Positions 15,830 to 24,822 of a DNA stretch of 32,000 nt are shown one piece after another; the first letter of the stretch is position 1, and every line of letters begins with the position of its first letter. Position numbers and translations under genes: made by a program. This DNA comes from Candidatus Lokiarchaeum ossiferum (GTDB lineage Archaea; Asgardarchaeota; Lokiarchaeia; Sigyniarchaeales; Promethearchaeaceae), in assembly GCA_025839675.1 (NCBI GenBank), contig CP104013.1, positions 4,680,001-4,712,000 on the forward strand. The letters are read 5' to 3'. Under the pieces are notes generated by a model. It worked only from the letters and a program-made list of their open reading frames with translations, was not told the origin of the DNA and did not search any database.

Positions 15830-17227
15830 TTACAATATGGGTTGAATTAAATCTTCCGCGTATCTTATCAAGTCTTCCGACTTTTCTGGATCATTTCCTT
15901 CTGCTTCAAGTTCAATTGCGTTAGCATGCACAGACGGGGTGATGGTCACCCATCCTTTCTCCTTTAACACAATTTTCGTTCCGATCATAATATCTTGGTA
16001 ATCCATCCCTTCGATTTCGGTAGTCCGAAGCAATTTTCGTAATTGTTCTTTAAACCGGTTTAGTTTTTCTTCTGTTAGTGGAACCGTTTTATATGCGTGG
16101 ATTGTTCTTGGAAATGCACGAATTAATGCGGAAAGGGGTAGATTCTCCCGAGCGAGAATTTCAATGATTTTTAAAGTGGTAAACGTGGCATCTGAAAAGG
16201 GTCCGTATTGTGGAAAATAATATTTCATGGTATCGGCTCCTCCGAAGGCTGCCCGTTCTTCTCGAAGTCCTCGAGAGATTTCACCGGGGAAATTTTGAGT
16301 TTTAATCATGGTAAATCCACAATTTTCGATGGCAAATTGATCGAGAATTTTGGAAGATGACTCCGTCGCAATGATGGGGGATCCCTTGAGTTTGGATATT
16401 TTTTCTTCATATTTGAGGAAAAACATCATTAATTCCTCATACGAGAGAATGCGTCCTGTTTCATCAATATAAAGCGCTCGAGATCCATCCGTATCCAGTA
16501 CTACTCCCAAATCGGCATTAATTGCCTTCACAATATTGATTACATCTTTAATTGATCGCAAATTTGGAAACATTTCGGTTGCTTTTTGATCATTTTGATA
16601 GGCGTTGATGGCAATCACATCATTTTTCAAATCGGTTAGGATAGATGGGATAACAATTGCACCGGGACCGTATGAACAGTCTACCACAATATGTAAATTC
16701 TTTTGTTTCATTAATTTTCGATTAACAAATTGCGGAAGGGCCTTTTTATAAATGTCCTGAGTATGTGGAATATCCGATATCGCCCCAACTTCGAGGGGTT
16801 TTGCGCGGTAAATTTTGTTGTTCTTAAAATATTCGTTGACACTATCAATCGAAGCGCGATTAAATTCGATACCAGAAGAATCATAAAAGCGAATTTGATT
16901 TTGCAGTTTACCAGAAGAAACCGAAGAAAAATAGACTCCTGCACTGGCTCCAAAACGCCGAATGCAAAATTGTAAAACAGGGGCGGGAGCGGAATGTAAA
17001 TTTAATATATCTATTCCGGCACTCATTACTCCCCCAATGAATGCTCGTTTTAACATGCGATTATTATTTGAATATTCTCGTGCGACAACTAAAATCCCTT
17101 TGGGACCTAAATATGATCCTAATGCCGCTCCAATCTTTGCGGCGGCTTCTGGTGTGAGCACTTCATTTCCAGTGGCTTGAATTCTACCTCGTTCCATAAT
17201 TTCGGATAAATCTAAGATTTCTGTCAT
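15830..17227 (-). CDS. Phosphoglucomutase/phosphomannomutase-fold protein with degenerate catalytic loops
   Basis: 465 aa with four-domain alpha-D-phosphohexomutase layout and length. The phosphoserine loop reads GVYFSSVSSGKLQNQIRF (expected ..(T/S)ASHNP..NGIK.). The metal loop is DTDGSR (expected DGDxDR). The sugar loop is GGADTM (expected GEESG). The phosphate loop is ITPSVHAN (expected R.SGTEP). Confidence 0.65.
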   Translation of the reverse strand: MTEILDLSEIMERGRIQATGNEVLTPEAAAKIGAALGSYLGPKGILVVAREYSNNNRMLKRAFIGGVMSAGIDILNLHSAPAPVLQFCIRRFGASAGVYFSSVSSGKLQNQIRFYDSSGIEFNRASIDSVNEYFKNNKIYRAKPLEVGAISDIPHTQDIYKKALPQFVNRKLMKQKNLHIVVDCSYGPGAIVIPSILTDLKNDVIAINAYQNDQKATEMFPNLRSIKDVINIVKAINADLGVVLDTDGSRALYIDETGRILSYEELMMFFLKYEEKISKLKGSPIIATESSSKILDQFAIENCGFTMIKTQNFPGEISRGLREERAAFGGADTMKYYFPQYGPFSDATFTTLKIIEILARENLPLSALIRAFPRTIHAYKTVPLTEEKLNRFKEQLRKLLRTTEIEGMDYQDIMIGTKIVLKEKGWVTITPSVHANAIELEAEGNDPEKSEDLIRYAEDLIQPIL

Positions 17228-17475
17228 ATAAATATCATCTCTCTTCCAATAATATTCATATTTTTTAAAACTTAAAACCTTATCTTTGAAATTGCAGATA
17301 TTCAGAAAAAAGAATTTCAGCCTTTTTTGGATTCTAATGAAACCTCGTTCTTTAAATTTCTAATATCCTAATAGGAAATTTCCTTTTTGAGAATTAATAA
17401 TTTAACTGGTTCAGTGAAAATGTCCACCAAATTCATTCAAGAAACTATAAAGGGTACAAGCGTATTTATTTAATC

Positions 17476-20400
17476 ATGAAGATTTCCAGACATGCGCGTG
17501 ATAAATATCAATTCCATGAGGAGTATTTTGCAGAAAATGGGGATGCACTATTTTCAGGGGATGTGCATAAAGTCAGAAAATTTGTTCAACAACTTAATCA
17601 AAAGCGGGATCTTATTTCATATCCCGAACTTGCTGCAAAAACAAGCGATGTTTATACATTAACTTTAATTTCAGAAATTAAAGGGTATGTGTACCAATTA
17701 TATTTGGATCAAATTCAAAATTCAAATTTGGCTCAAGAATTATATGAACATTTAGAAAAAGAATTTGATTCCAAAACCCTTCTTGAATGCACAAAATCCT
17801 TAATAGAAGAATTTCCTCCAGATCCCGTTTATAAAAATCAAATTGAAAGTGAAAAATTTCTGGAAATGGAAGAAAATGGAATTAAAAATAACATTAAATA
17901 TTTGCCTGGGTTTATCGAGCTCTGGCTTATAAATTCCAATCCTGCCTTTTCACAATATATGGAATTATATGATGATGAAAATTTAGAAAAACGGACACAA
18001 TATCTTGCCATTGTTGAAAATATCCGAACTTTTATGGAATCCAAACCCAAATTTACTTTTTCTGGTACCAATATTATTGATACTCTTCGAAATCCGGAAT
18101 TAAAGAGTCCACATTCAATTCGTGATCAATTGAAATATATTCAAGAAAATTGGTCCGAATTTATTGGTAAATGGGGATATTTAGTTCTAACCGGTATGGA
18201 TTTGATTCAAGAAGAAGAAAAAATGCGAGGATTTGGTCCAGGAAAAATCCAACCAATGGATTTTTACGGATTAGATATTGAAAACTATACTGCTGACAGT
18301 GCTTGGATGCCTAATGTCATCATGGTTGCTAAGAATGCATATGTTTGGCTAGGGCAGCTCTCTAAACAATATAATCGGGAGATTATTTATTTAAATCAAA
18401 TTCCAAATGAAGAGTTGGATCAATTGGTAAAATGGGGCTTTACATCCTTATGGTTAATTGGATTGTGGGAAAGAAGTCCTGCCTCAAAAACAATAAAAAA
18501 TTGGTGCGGTAATTCAGATGCGGAAGCTTCTGCATATTCCCTCTACGATTATGAAATTGCAGCGGATTTAGGTGGCTATCTTGCGTATCAAGATTTGAAA
18601 GATCGAGCGAGTCAGCGAGGGCTTCGCCTGGCGAGTGATATGGTCCCCAATCACACTGGCATCGATTCAAAATGGATGCGTGATCATCCAGATTGGTATG
18701 TTCAACTTCCTTATCCTCCATTTCCTTCTTATCAATATTCTGGGGCGGATCTATGTGGTGATTCGAATATTGGTGTTTATTTAGAAGATAAATATTTTTC
18801 CCGAACCGATGCGGCTGTGTCTTTTAAACGAGTGGATTTTCGTTCCGGTGATACGAGATATATTTACCATGGGAATGATGGCACGAGTATGCCATGGAAT
18901 GATACTGCTCAATTAAATTTTCTGAATCCTGAAGTACGTGAAGCTGTAATCCAAAAGATTTTGGATGTTGCTCGAATGTTTCCCATAATTCGATTTGATG
19001 CTGCCATGACCTTAACTCGAAAACATTTTCAACGATTATGGTTTCCAGAACCTGGAACTGGAGGGGATATTCCATCGCGTGCGGGAATGGGCATGACTAA
19101 AGAAGAATTTATGAAAAAAGTCCCAGAAGAATTTTGGCGGGAAGTGGTGGAACGTATTCGGACAGAAGTACCTGATACTTTACTTTTGGCTGAAGCTTTT
19201 TGGTTATTAGAAGGTTTTTTTGTTCGAACCTTAGGAATGCATAGAGTATATAACAGTATTTTTATGAACGCATTACGGGATGAGGAAAATTCGCTCTATC
19301 GAGGGTCCATCAAGAAAGCCCTTGAATTTGATAGGCGGATGTTGCAAAGGTTTGTAAATTTCATGAATAACCCTGATGAAGAAACCGCCTCAGTTCAATT
19401 TGGCACTGGGGAGAAGTATTTTGGAATTTGCTTATTATTAGTTACCATGCCTGGATTGCCAATGTTTGGTCATGGTCAAGTTCAAGGATATAAGGAAAAA
19501 TATGGGATGGAGTTTAGGCGAGCTTATTGGGACGAAACGGAAGATCGGGCTCTTCTTCATCACCATGAGCAAACCATCTTCCCAATTATGCAAAAGCGCT
19601 ATCTTTTTGCTCAAGCGGATAATTATTATTTATATGATTTCTGGGCTGGGAATGTTGTAAACGAAGATGTATATGCTTTTTCAAATATGGTTGGAAATGA
19701 ACGCGGTTTTGTTGTTTATAATAATCGATATAGTGAAACTAGCGGTTATGTGAAGAATTCGGTGGGTTATAATGAAAATGGGATCATTCTTCAAAAAGAA
19801 CTTGCTTCCGCTATGAATATTCCACGCGAAGGATATTCAATATTTAAAGATTATATGAGTAAGCTGGAATACATTCGTAAAAATCAAGAAATTCAAGATA
19901 AGGGGTTATATTTTGAGCTAAAACCATATCAAAGCATGTGTTTTTTGGAGTGGAAAAGTGTACAAGATAATGAATTTTCTCACTATTCTCAACTTTACAA
20001 TATGCTGGGTGGAAAAGGAGTACATTCCATTGATGATGCTTTAAAAGAGATGGTCTATAAACCAATTTTAACACCATTCCGTGAATTATTCAATGCTGGT
20101 CTGTTGAAACAAATACTGGTTGAAAAAACCAGTTTTATTGAAATTAAACCAAAAATAGAACATCAATTAAAGTTGTTAATTAATGAAACTCGAAGGTTTG
20201 TGGGGTTGGATTCCAATGGGGACGCTTTAGTTTTAGAAATCCTTAATAAATTGCACAATTTCATAGAATTTGCACAAAACCCTCCATCTCTCGATAATGT
20301 GGATGATCTCACACCTTCAACTCATGCTAAATGGGCAATGTTCTTTGGATGGGTTTTAACTCGTGAACTCGGAAAAGTTAAGAATCCAACTGATTTTTCC

Positions 20401-20847
20401 CTTTTGAGTCGAAGCTGGGTAGAAGAATGGCATCTTGGTAGTGTCATTCATTGGGTGTTAGGTGAAATTTGTCAGGAAAATGAAAAAATTGAAGAATATA
20501 TCTATTTATTGAAAATTTTAATTGGGTATCAAAATTGGGACACTGTTTTGGATTCACAAAAAGCAAACCTGTCATATTTCTCCTTGAAACCCTTGCTTTC
20601 AGACCCTGAAGTCCAAAACTTCCTTGGCTTTAATAGGTATCAAGAATCTTTGTGGTTTAATGAAGAGCGTATGCGGGAACTTTTAAAGGGGTTATTCATG
20701 GTATCCTATTTGAAAAATTATTCTGAAGATCATCTGCATCCCAATCCAGTTTTAGTAAAAATTTATCAAAAATGGAAGGAATCAGTCTTGAAATCCAAAT
20801 TTAAACTAGCTTCCTTCATAGATAACATAAAAAATGGCAACAATTAG
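17476..20847 (+). CDS. Large GH13-like (alpha-amylase superfamily) glycoside hydrolase/transglycosidase
   Basis: 1123 aa. GH13-type conserved regions occur in order: GLRLASDMVPNHTG (I), IRFDAAMTL (II, candidate nucleophile Asp), LLAEAFW (III, candidate acid/base Glu), FVNFMNNPDEE (IV, with NPD in place of the usual NHD). About 300 aa precede and about 450 aa follow the catalytic core. Confidence 0.7.
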   Translation: MKISRHARDKYQFHEEYFAENGDALFSGDVHKVRKFVQQLNQKRDLISYPELAAKTSDVYTLTLISEIKGYVYQLYLDQIQNSNLAQELYEHLEKEFDSKTLLECTKSLIEEFPPDPVYKNQIESEKFLEMEENGIKNNIKYLPGFIELWLINSNPAFSQYMELYDDENLEKRTQYLAIVENIRTFMESKPKFTFSGTNIIDTLRNPELKSPHSIRDQLKYIQENWSEFIGKWGYLVLTGMDLIQEEEKMRGFGPGKIQPMDFYGLDIENYTADSAWMPNVIMVAKNAYVWLGQLSKQYNREIIYLNQIPNEELDQLVKWGFTSLWLIGLWERSPASKTIKNWCGNSDAEASAYSLYDYEIAADLGGYLAYQDLKDRASQRGLRLASDMVPNHTGIDSKWMRDHPDWYVQLPYPPFPSYQYSGADLCGDSNIGVYLEDKYFSRTDAAVSFKRVDFRSGDTRYIYHGNDGTSMPWNDTAQLNFLNPEVREAVIQKILDVARMFPIIRFDAAMTLTRKHFQRLWFPEPGTGGDIPSRAGMGMTKEEFMKKVPEEFWREVVERIRTEVPDTLLLAEAFWLLEGFFVRTLGMHRVYNSIFMNALRDEENSLYRGSIKKALEFDRRMLQRFVNFMNNPDEETASVQFGTGEKYFGICLLLVTMPGLPMFGHGQVQGYKEKYGMEFRRAYWDETEDRALLHHHEQTIFPIMQKRYLFAQADNYYLYDFWAGNVVNEDVYAFSNMVGNERGFVVYNNRYSETSGYVKNSVGYNENGIILQKELASAMNIPREGYSIFKDYMSKLEYIRKNQEIQDKGLYFELKPYQSMCFLEWKSVQDNEFSHYSQLYNMLGGKGVHSIDDALKEMVYKPILTPFRELFNAGLLKQILVEKTSFIEIKPKIEHQLKLLINETRRFVGLDSNGDALVLEILNKLHNFIEFAQNPPSLDNVDDLTPSTHAKWAMFFGWVLTRELGKVKNPTDFSLLSRSWVEEWHLGSVIHWVLGEICQENEKIEEYIYLLKILIGYQNWDTVLDSQKANLSYFSLKPLLSDPEVQNFLGFNRYQESLWFNEERMRELLKGLFMVSYLKNYSEDHLHPNPVLVKIYQKWKESVLKSKFKLASFIDNIKNGNN

Positions 20848-20861
20848 TTATTATACCCTTC

Positions 20862-20868
20862 TTTTTTT
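20862..20868 (+). terminator. Oligo-T run after the GH13-like gene
   Basis: Seven T residues begin 15 nt after the TAG at 20845-20847, in a 292-nt convergent intergenic region. Confidence 0.3.
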
Positions 20869-21139
20869 CGATTATTATTATAACAAATCGCAAGCAGTGT
20901 CATTTTCAAATAAGATTTAAACTAAGCTTCAGCCTATCATTTAATTAAGCTGTTTTTTATTTCAATTATTTATAAGGAAAACTTCCGTGAGTTATAGGTG
21001 GTCAAATTAGATCTTAAATAGATCTTAGGTCAACCTATTAAACGCTTTTGTTGGATATGATCACAATATTGCTCGGAAATAACTAAGTTTGGCTTGAAAA
21101 TTAGTTTAAAATAAAGTAAAAAATGAAAAAATCAATGAT

Positions 21140-24100
21140 TTAATCTGGATTTACAAATGTTAAAATATTCCATCCGTTCGATATGATATCCCCTGAATCC
21201 AAATCAATAAGATCAAACTTAATATAAATGGATAAAGATGGACCGTTTAAGGATTCTGATGGATTAAGTTTTAGAGTTATCATTCGTCCTTCTCCTGGGA
21301 ATATTGCGGTTGTGTCGTTCCAAACTCCTAATGTATGATTCCACGCGACAATATTCTCGGTAAAATTGTACTGATATCCTGGTTTTATACTGTTGAATAC
21401 TTTAACATCAATATCAACATCGGTTCGGACAGATAAATTGAGCATTAAATTTTTCTGTGGAAGGCTGTCATTTGTAGTGAAGTATTCGAAATAAGTTCGA
21501 ATTTCTGCCCAACTTGTCGGACTGTACTGAAATTCATCATATTCCTCTACTTCAAGCATCAAACCAGTTATATTTGTTTCAGTGGTTGTATCATTTAGTT
21601 GTAGATCAATTTTCAGTTCATTGTACGCTTCAGTTAAGGTAGGTCCATAATATGCGTCTTGTGTAAATGCATTTACTAAACCTGCCAAAGAAAGAGATTC
21701 CAAATTACCATCTTGAGAATATACTGGGATGTAGTAATATAATGATGATGCCAATGGATATAATAAGATATTTCCATATCGTTCATTCTGAATTGTGAAA
21801 ATTTCATTCGTTGCTTGATTTCCAAGCTCACCCATGGCTGTAGTTGGCCCAATTATATTATTTGAACTCTGGGTTTTATAAAATATTGTTTCTCCAAAGT
21901 GATTTCCCTGACGAATGATATACAGTCCCGCTAATTTAACTGAATCAACTTGATCATATTCCACAATATCAACTCCTACAAACTCTAATCCTTCTCCTAA
22001 GTCTGTTTCAATATAGAAGACATCTCCATTTTCAGGCCGTTTATAGAAATCAGACTTAAGCTTCCATGTTTCCTTATTTGTAACGTGATATTTATAATCT
22101 ATAACCAGTTGTTTTTCCCATAAAGACTCGGGATATCTTAATTGATCTAAAAGCCAATCTTCTGCGACCTCAAACTGGTAAATGCTCATATATACACCCC
22201 AAATACTGGAAAGTGGATCTTCTGAACCTGCGGGGAGTCCTGGGTTTCGATACCATGACAATTCGCCCGTTTGAACATCAATCAATACTGTACCTAAGAA
22301 ACGGTGTAAAAATGAATCAGTATACGCCCCCATAAATATTTCCGTATAGATTGAAACAGCATAAAACATTTTGCTATTATTTCTATCAAACACTAAATAT
22401 GGATCATCATCAATCTTTAGACCAGGCATCAAAATGGATTCAACTCGCGTTCGTATATTTCTGTTTATTAAAAAGGATTTATCTTCACCGTCAAAAGCAT
22501 TTTTTGTTAATCCCATATTTGCAGTAAACCATAAAGCTTCTAAACCAGTAATTGTCCCATCTGGGTCTCCTTCGTACTTATATTTCATTGATTCGTTACT
22601 TTCCCATCCGGTGTTTAATAAGATATCATTATCATATGCATCAATTGAAAGTGGGACTGAATAAAAGTCTGTGTTTGTTGTCCCTTCTAAATATGATGTA
22701 TCCTCCTCTTTCTCACCAAAGAAAATGGGGTGATCATTACCAACTCCAAAAATATCTTGGTAATCTTGACTATCTTGCAAAATTTTTCCTGTGGAAGTAT
22801 CTAAAGCTATAAATCCTTCTACATGATCATAGATTTCCGTATGTTGGTTAACATTTGATTCTAACAACTTTTTTGTTTGTAAAGTTTTTGGGGCTACCCA
22901 GAATTCACCCTTACCTTGTACAAAAACAATATCACTATCAGCCATCGTTTGGAAAGAATTGGTTATCAACGGCTTAATCTTTTTTGCCGAATTTATTTTA
23001 TCATGCTGCCGAATAACGTCAAGGATTGTATTATCTTCTTCAATTACATTTTGGGGATAGTTATCAATTGAATAAGTCATAAACAGATCATTGTCCCCAA
23101 TGGTAATACCTGCTGCTGCTCGTGTCCATTCTATCTGTTTTCCATCTTTAATATCCCAAACTTCTTCGGTCCACGTTTCGGGAGTTGACAATCCAATAGT
23201 TTTTGGGATACTGATAAATACTGGGATTAAGATGATAAAAATAGTTAAAACTGCTGCCATAATGGTCTTTTTTTGGATATTTCGACTGAATTGATGAATT
23301 TTGAGTTGATTTTGTTTCCTTCCATAAACTAAAAAGGCTATTCCAAGACCAAGAAAGCTAAATATTCCCAAATAAATACTCCAAACTTGAGTTAAATCAA
23401 TACCATTTTGTGCTTGTAATGGTCTGTCGATTAAACTCAGTATGAAAAATATTGCAATGATAAAACTCGCATTTGCTGCTATTTGAAACTCATCTTTTAC
23501 TAAATAAGCATAATATACAATGGTTGAAATAAGTCGGAAAATTATTACCCCAAGAACAAATCTTAATATTGGTAAGGTTACCGCTGCATATAAAAAGATA
23601 TCCAATTGTGATACGGATGCAGGATTTGAGATCGCATTTAATGCAGTCAAGAATGAACCCAAATTACCCTCAATTGTTCCTTCATCTATCATTTTCATGA
23701 CTAAATCAAAATAACCACTTCCCATGGCTTGACCAATAATGAAGAAAAATACAAACCCTATCGTCCACCATATGATTAAAGTCTTCACTTTGGAAGGTTT
23801 TCCCCATCCGAATTTTTGACCGACAATTGTGATTAACGAATCGTCTGGTGGAATACTCATAATTAGTGATCCCAATATCGCTCCGATTAATCCTATTTTA
23901 TTGAAGAAAAAGTTGGTGCTCCACCCATTTAATGTAAAAATTTCCCAATAATTAAGTCCGCTTTTAGTGTCATAGAGTTGGTTTTGGAGATTAATTTTAG
24001 CATGCCACACGGGGTATATATAGAAAATACTTATCAAAATAATAACTACTGCAATAATCCCTACGATGTAGAGTTTTTTTTTGAAATTAGGCGAATTTGA

Positions 24101-24370
24101 TCGAGTATAGGTAAACCGATTTGGTCGTGATGGTGCATCATGGTAGGATGGACCATTTTCAATATTTGGAATTTCCGGTCGACGTGGTGGGGTATCATTT
24201 TTTGAATTTGAGAAATCTTCGTAATTAAAATCTTCTATGTTTACATCATCATACAAGCGTTTTCTATCTGAATCATCTTCGGTTTCAGCATTTAAAGCTT
24301 GACATTCAGAGCAATTTGCCACAAACCGATAATGTTTATCGCAATGTTTTTTTTTTACCATTTCATTCAC
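21140..24370 (-). CDS. UPF0182-family membrane protein (7 TM plus large extracytoplasmic domain) with an N-terminal Cys-rich extension
   Basis: 1076 aa with 7 hydrophobic helices in the first about 390 aa. Several blocks match UPF0182 (e.g. M. tuberculosis Rv3193c) as I recall it: IEWTRAAAGI, HTEIYDHVEGFIA, HPIFFG, FLINRNIRTRVESILMPGL..DPYLV, LRYPESLWEKQLVIDYKYHV...SDFYKRP, ERYGNILLYPLASSLYYYIPVY. The track start is GTG at 24370; an ATG lies at 24361. Confidence 0.8.
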   Translation of the reverse strand: MNEMVKKKHCDKHYRFVANCSECQALNAETEDDSDRKRLYDDVNIEDFNYEDFSNSKNDTPPRRPEIPNIENGPSYHDAPSRPNRFTYTRSNSPNFKKKLYIVGIIAVVIILISIFYIYPVWHAKINLQNQLYDTKSGLNYWEIFTLNGWSTNFFFNKIGLIGAILGSLIMSIPPDDSLITIVGQKFGWGKPSKVKTLIIWWTIGFVFFFIIGQAMGSGYFDLVMKMIDEGTIEGNLGSFLTALNAISNPASVSQLDIFLYAAVTLPILRFVLGVIIFRLISTIVYYAYLVKDEFQIAANASFIIAIFFILSLIDRPLQAQNGIDLTQVWSIYLGIFSFLGLGIAFLVYGRKQNQLKIHQFSRNIQKKTIMAAVLTIFIILIPVFISIPKTIGLSTPETWTEEVWDIKDGKQIEWTRAAAGITIGDNDLFMTYSIDNYPQNVIEEDNTILDVIRQHDKINSAKKIKPLITNSFQTMADSDIVFVQGKGEFWVAPKTLQTKKLLESNVNQHTEIYDHVEGFIALDTSTGKILQDSQDYQDIFGVGNDHPIFFGEKEEDTSYLEGTTNTDFYSVPLSIDAYDNDILLNTGWESNESMKYKYEGDPDGTITGLEALWFTANMGLTKNAFDGEDKSFLINRNIRTRVESILMPGLKIDDDPYLVFDRNNSKMFYAVSIYTEIFMGAYTDSFLHRFLGTVLIDVQTGELSWYRNPGLPAGSEDPLSSIWGVYMSIYQFEVAEDWLLDQLRYPESLWEKQLVIDYKYHVTNKETWKLKSDFYKRPENGDVFYIETDLGEGLEFVGVDIVEYDQVDSVKLAGLYIIRQGNHFGETIFYKTQSSNNIIGPTTAMGELGNQATNEIFTIQNERYGNILLYPLASSLYYYIPVYSQDGNLESLSLAGLVNAFTQDAYYGPTLTEAYNELKIDLQLNDTTTETNITGLMLEVEEYDEFQYSPTSWAEIRTYFEYFTTNDSLPQKNLMLNLSVRTDVDIDVKVFNSIKPGYQYNFTENIVAWNHTLGVWNDTTAIFPGEGRMITLKLNPSESLNGPSLSIYIKFDLIDLDSGDIISNGWNILTFVNPD

Positions 24371-24372
24371 TT

Positions 24373-24440
24373 ATCTAAGATATGTATATATTAATAGGGT
24401 ACACAAGATATCTAAAGATATATATATTAATGGGTATACA
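24373..24440. promoter_or_regulatory. Imperfect direct duplication (about 31 bp x2) of a TATA-rich element in a divergent promoter region
   Basis: ATCTAAGATATGTATATATTAATAGGGTACACA (24373-24404) and ATCTAAAGATATATATATTAATGGGTATACA (24410-24440) lie between the UPF0182 gene (minus) and the small ORF (plus). Confidence 0.4.
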
Positions 24441-24447
24441 ATAAAAA

Positions 24448-24744
24448 GTGAGTAATATGTTTAAGAAACGAGGCCAGAAGAAAGGAACGAAGGAAAATGA
24501 TTTATACAGTGTTCTTGCTGCTCTAGGTGTTATGGAGGACGAATTTTGCGGAGCTGCTCCAATGGATGAAATTCATTTCTGTCTTCGAGTTGATTTCAAA
24601 CGCAAAATGAAAGATACTCAAATGATTACTTTTCTCGAAAAAGGAATCGAACTTGGCTATTCTCTTCGAGCTGATAAGGGATGGAAACTAACTCCTCAAG
24701 GCGCTCAAATTGTAGATGAATATTTATCATCTTTAGCAAATTAA
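24448..24744 (+). CDS. Small hypothetical protein, possible winged-helix DNA-binding fold
   Basis: 98-aa ORF from GTG 24448; ATG at 24457 is more likely. The pattern is helix-helix-helix then GYSLRADKGWKLTPQGAQIV, resembling a wHTH wing. Fold is guessed from the pattern only. Confidence 0.4.
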   Translation: MSNMFKKRGQKKGTKENDLYSVLAALGVMEDEFCGAAPMDEIHFCLRVDFKRKMKDTQMITFLEKGIELGYSLRADKGWKLTPQGAQIVDEYLSSLAN

Positions 24745-24809
24745 CAATATTTTTTCAATTTATTATAAATCTAAGATAATTATGAATATGAAACTCCTTT
24801 TTTGATAAA

Positions 24810-24815
24810 GGGTGA
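24810..24815 (+). promoter_or_regulatory. Shine-Dalgarno-like GGGTGA upstream of the 2274-aa gene
   Basis: GGTGA lies 7 nt before the ATG at 24823. It matches the core of the canonical archaeal SD (GGAGGTGA). Confidence 0.35.
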
Positions 24816-24822
24816 CTAATCG

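Noticed and set aside
20994-21037. Imperfect inverted repeat (ATAGGT...AGATCT TAAAT AGATCT...ACCTAT) in the convergent intergenic region between the GH13-like and UPF0182 genes
   Set aside because: Only the outer 6 bp and inner 6 bp pair, and the middle is mismatched. It could be a weak bidirectional terminator hairpin, but it is not compelling. AGATCT is itself a simple palindrome.
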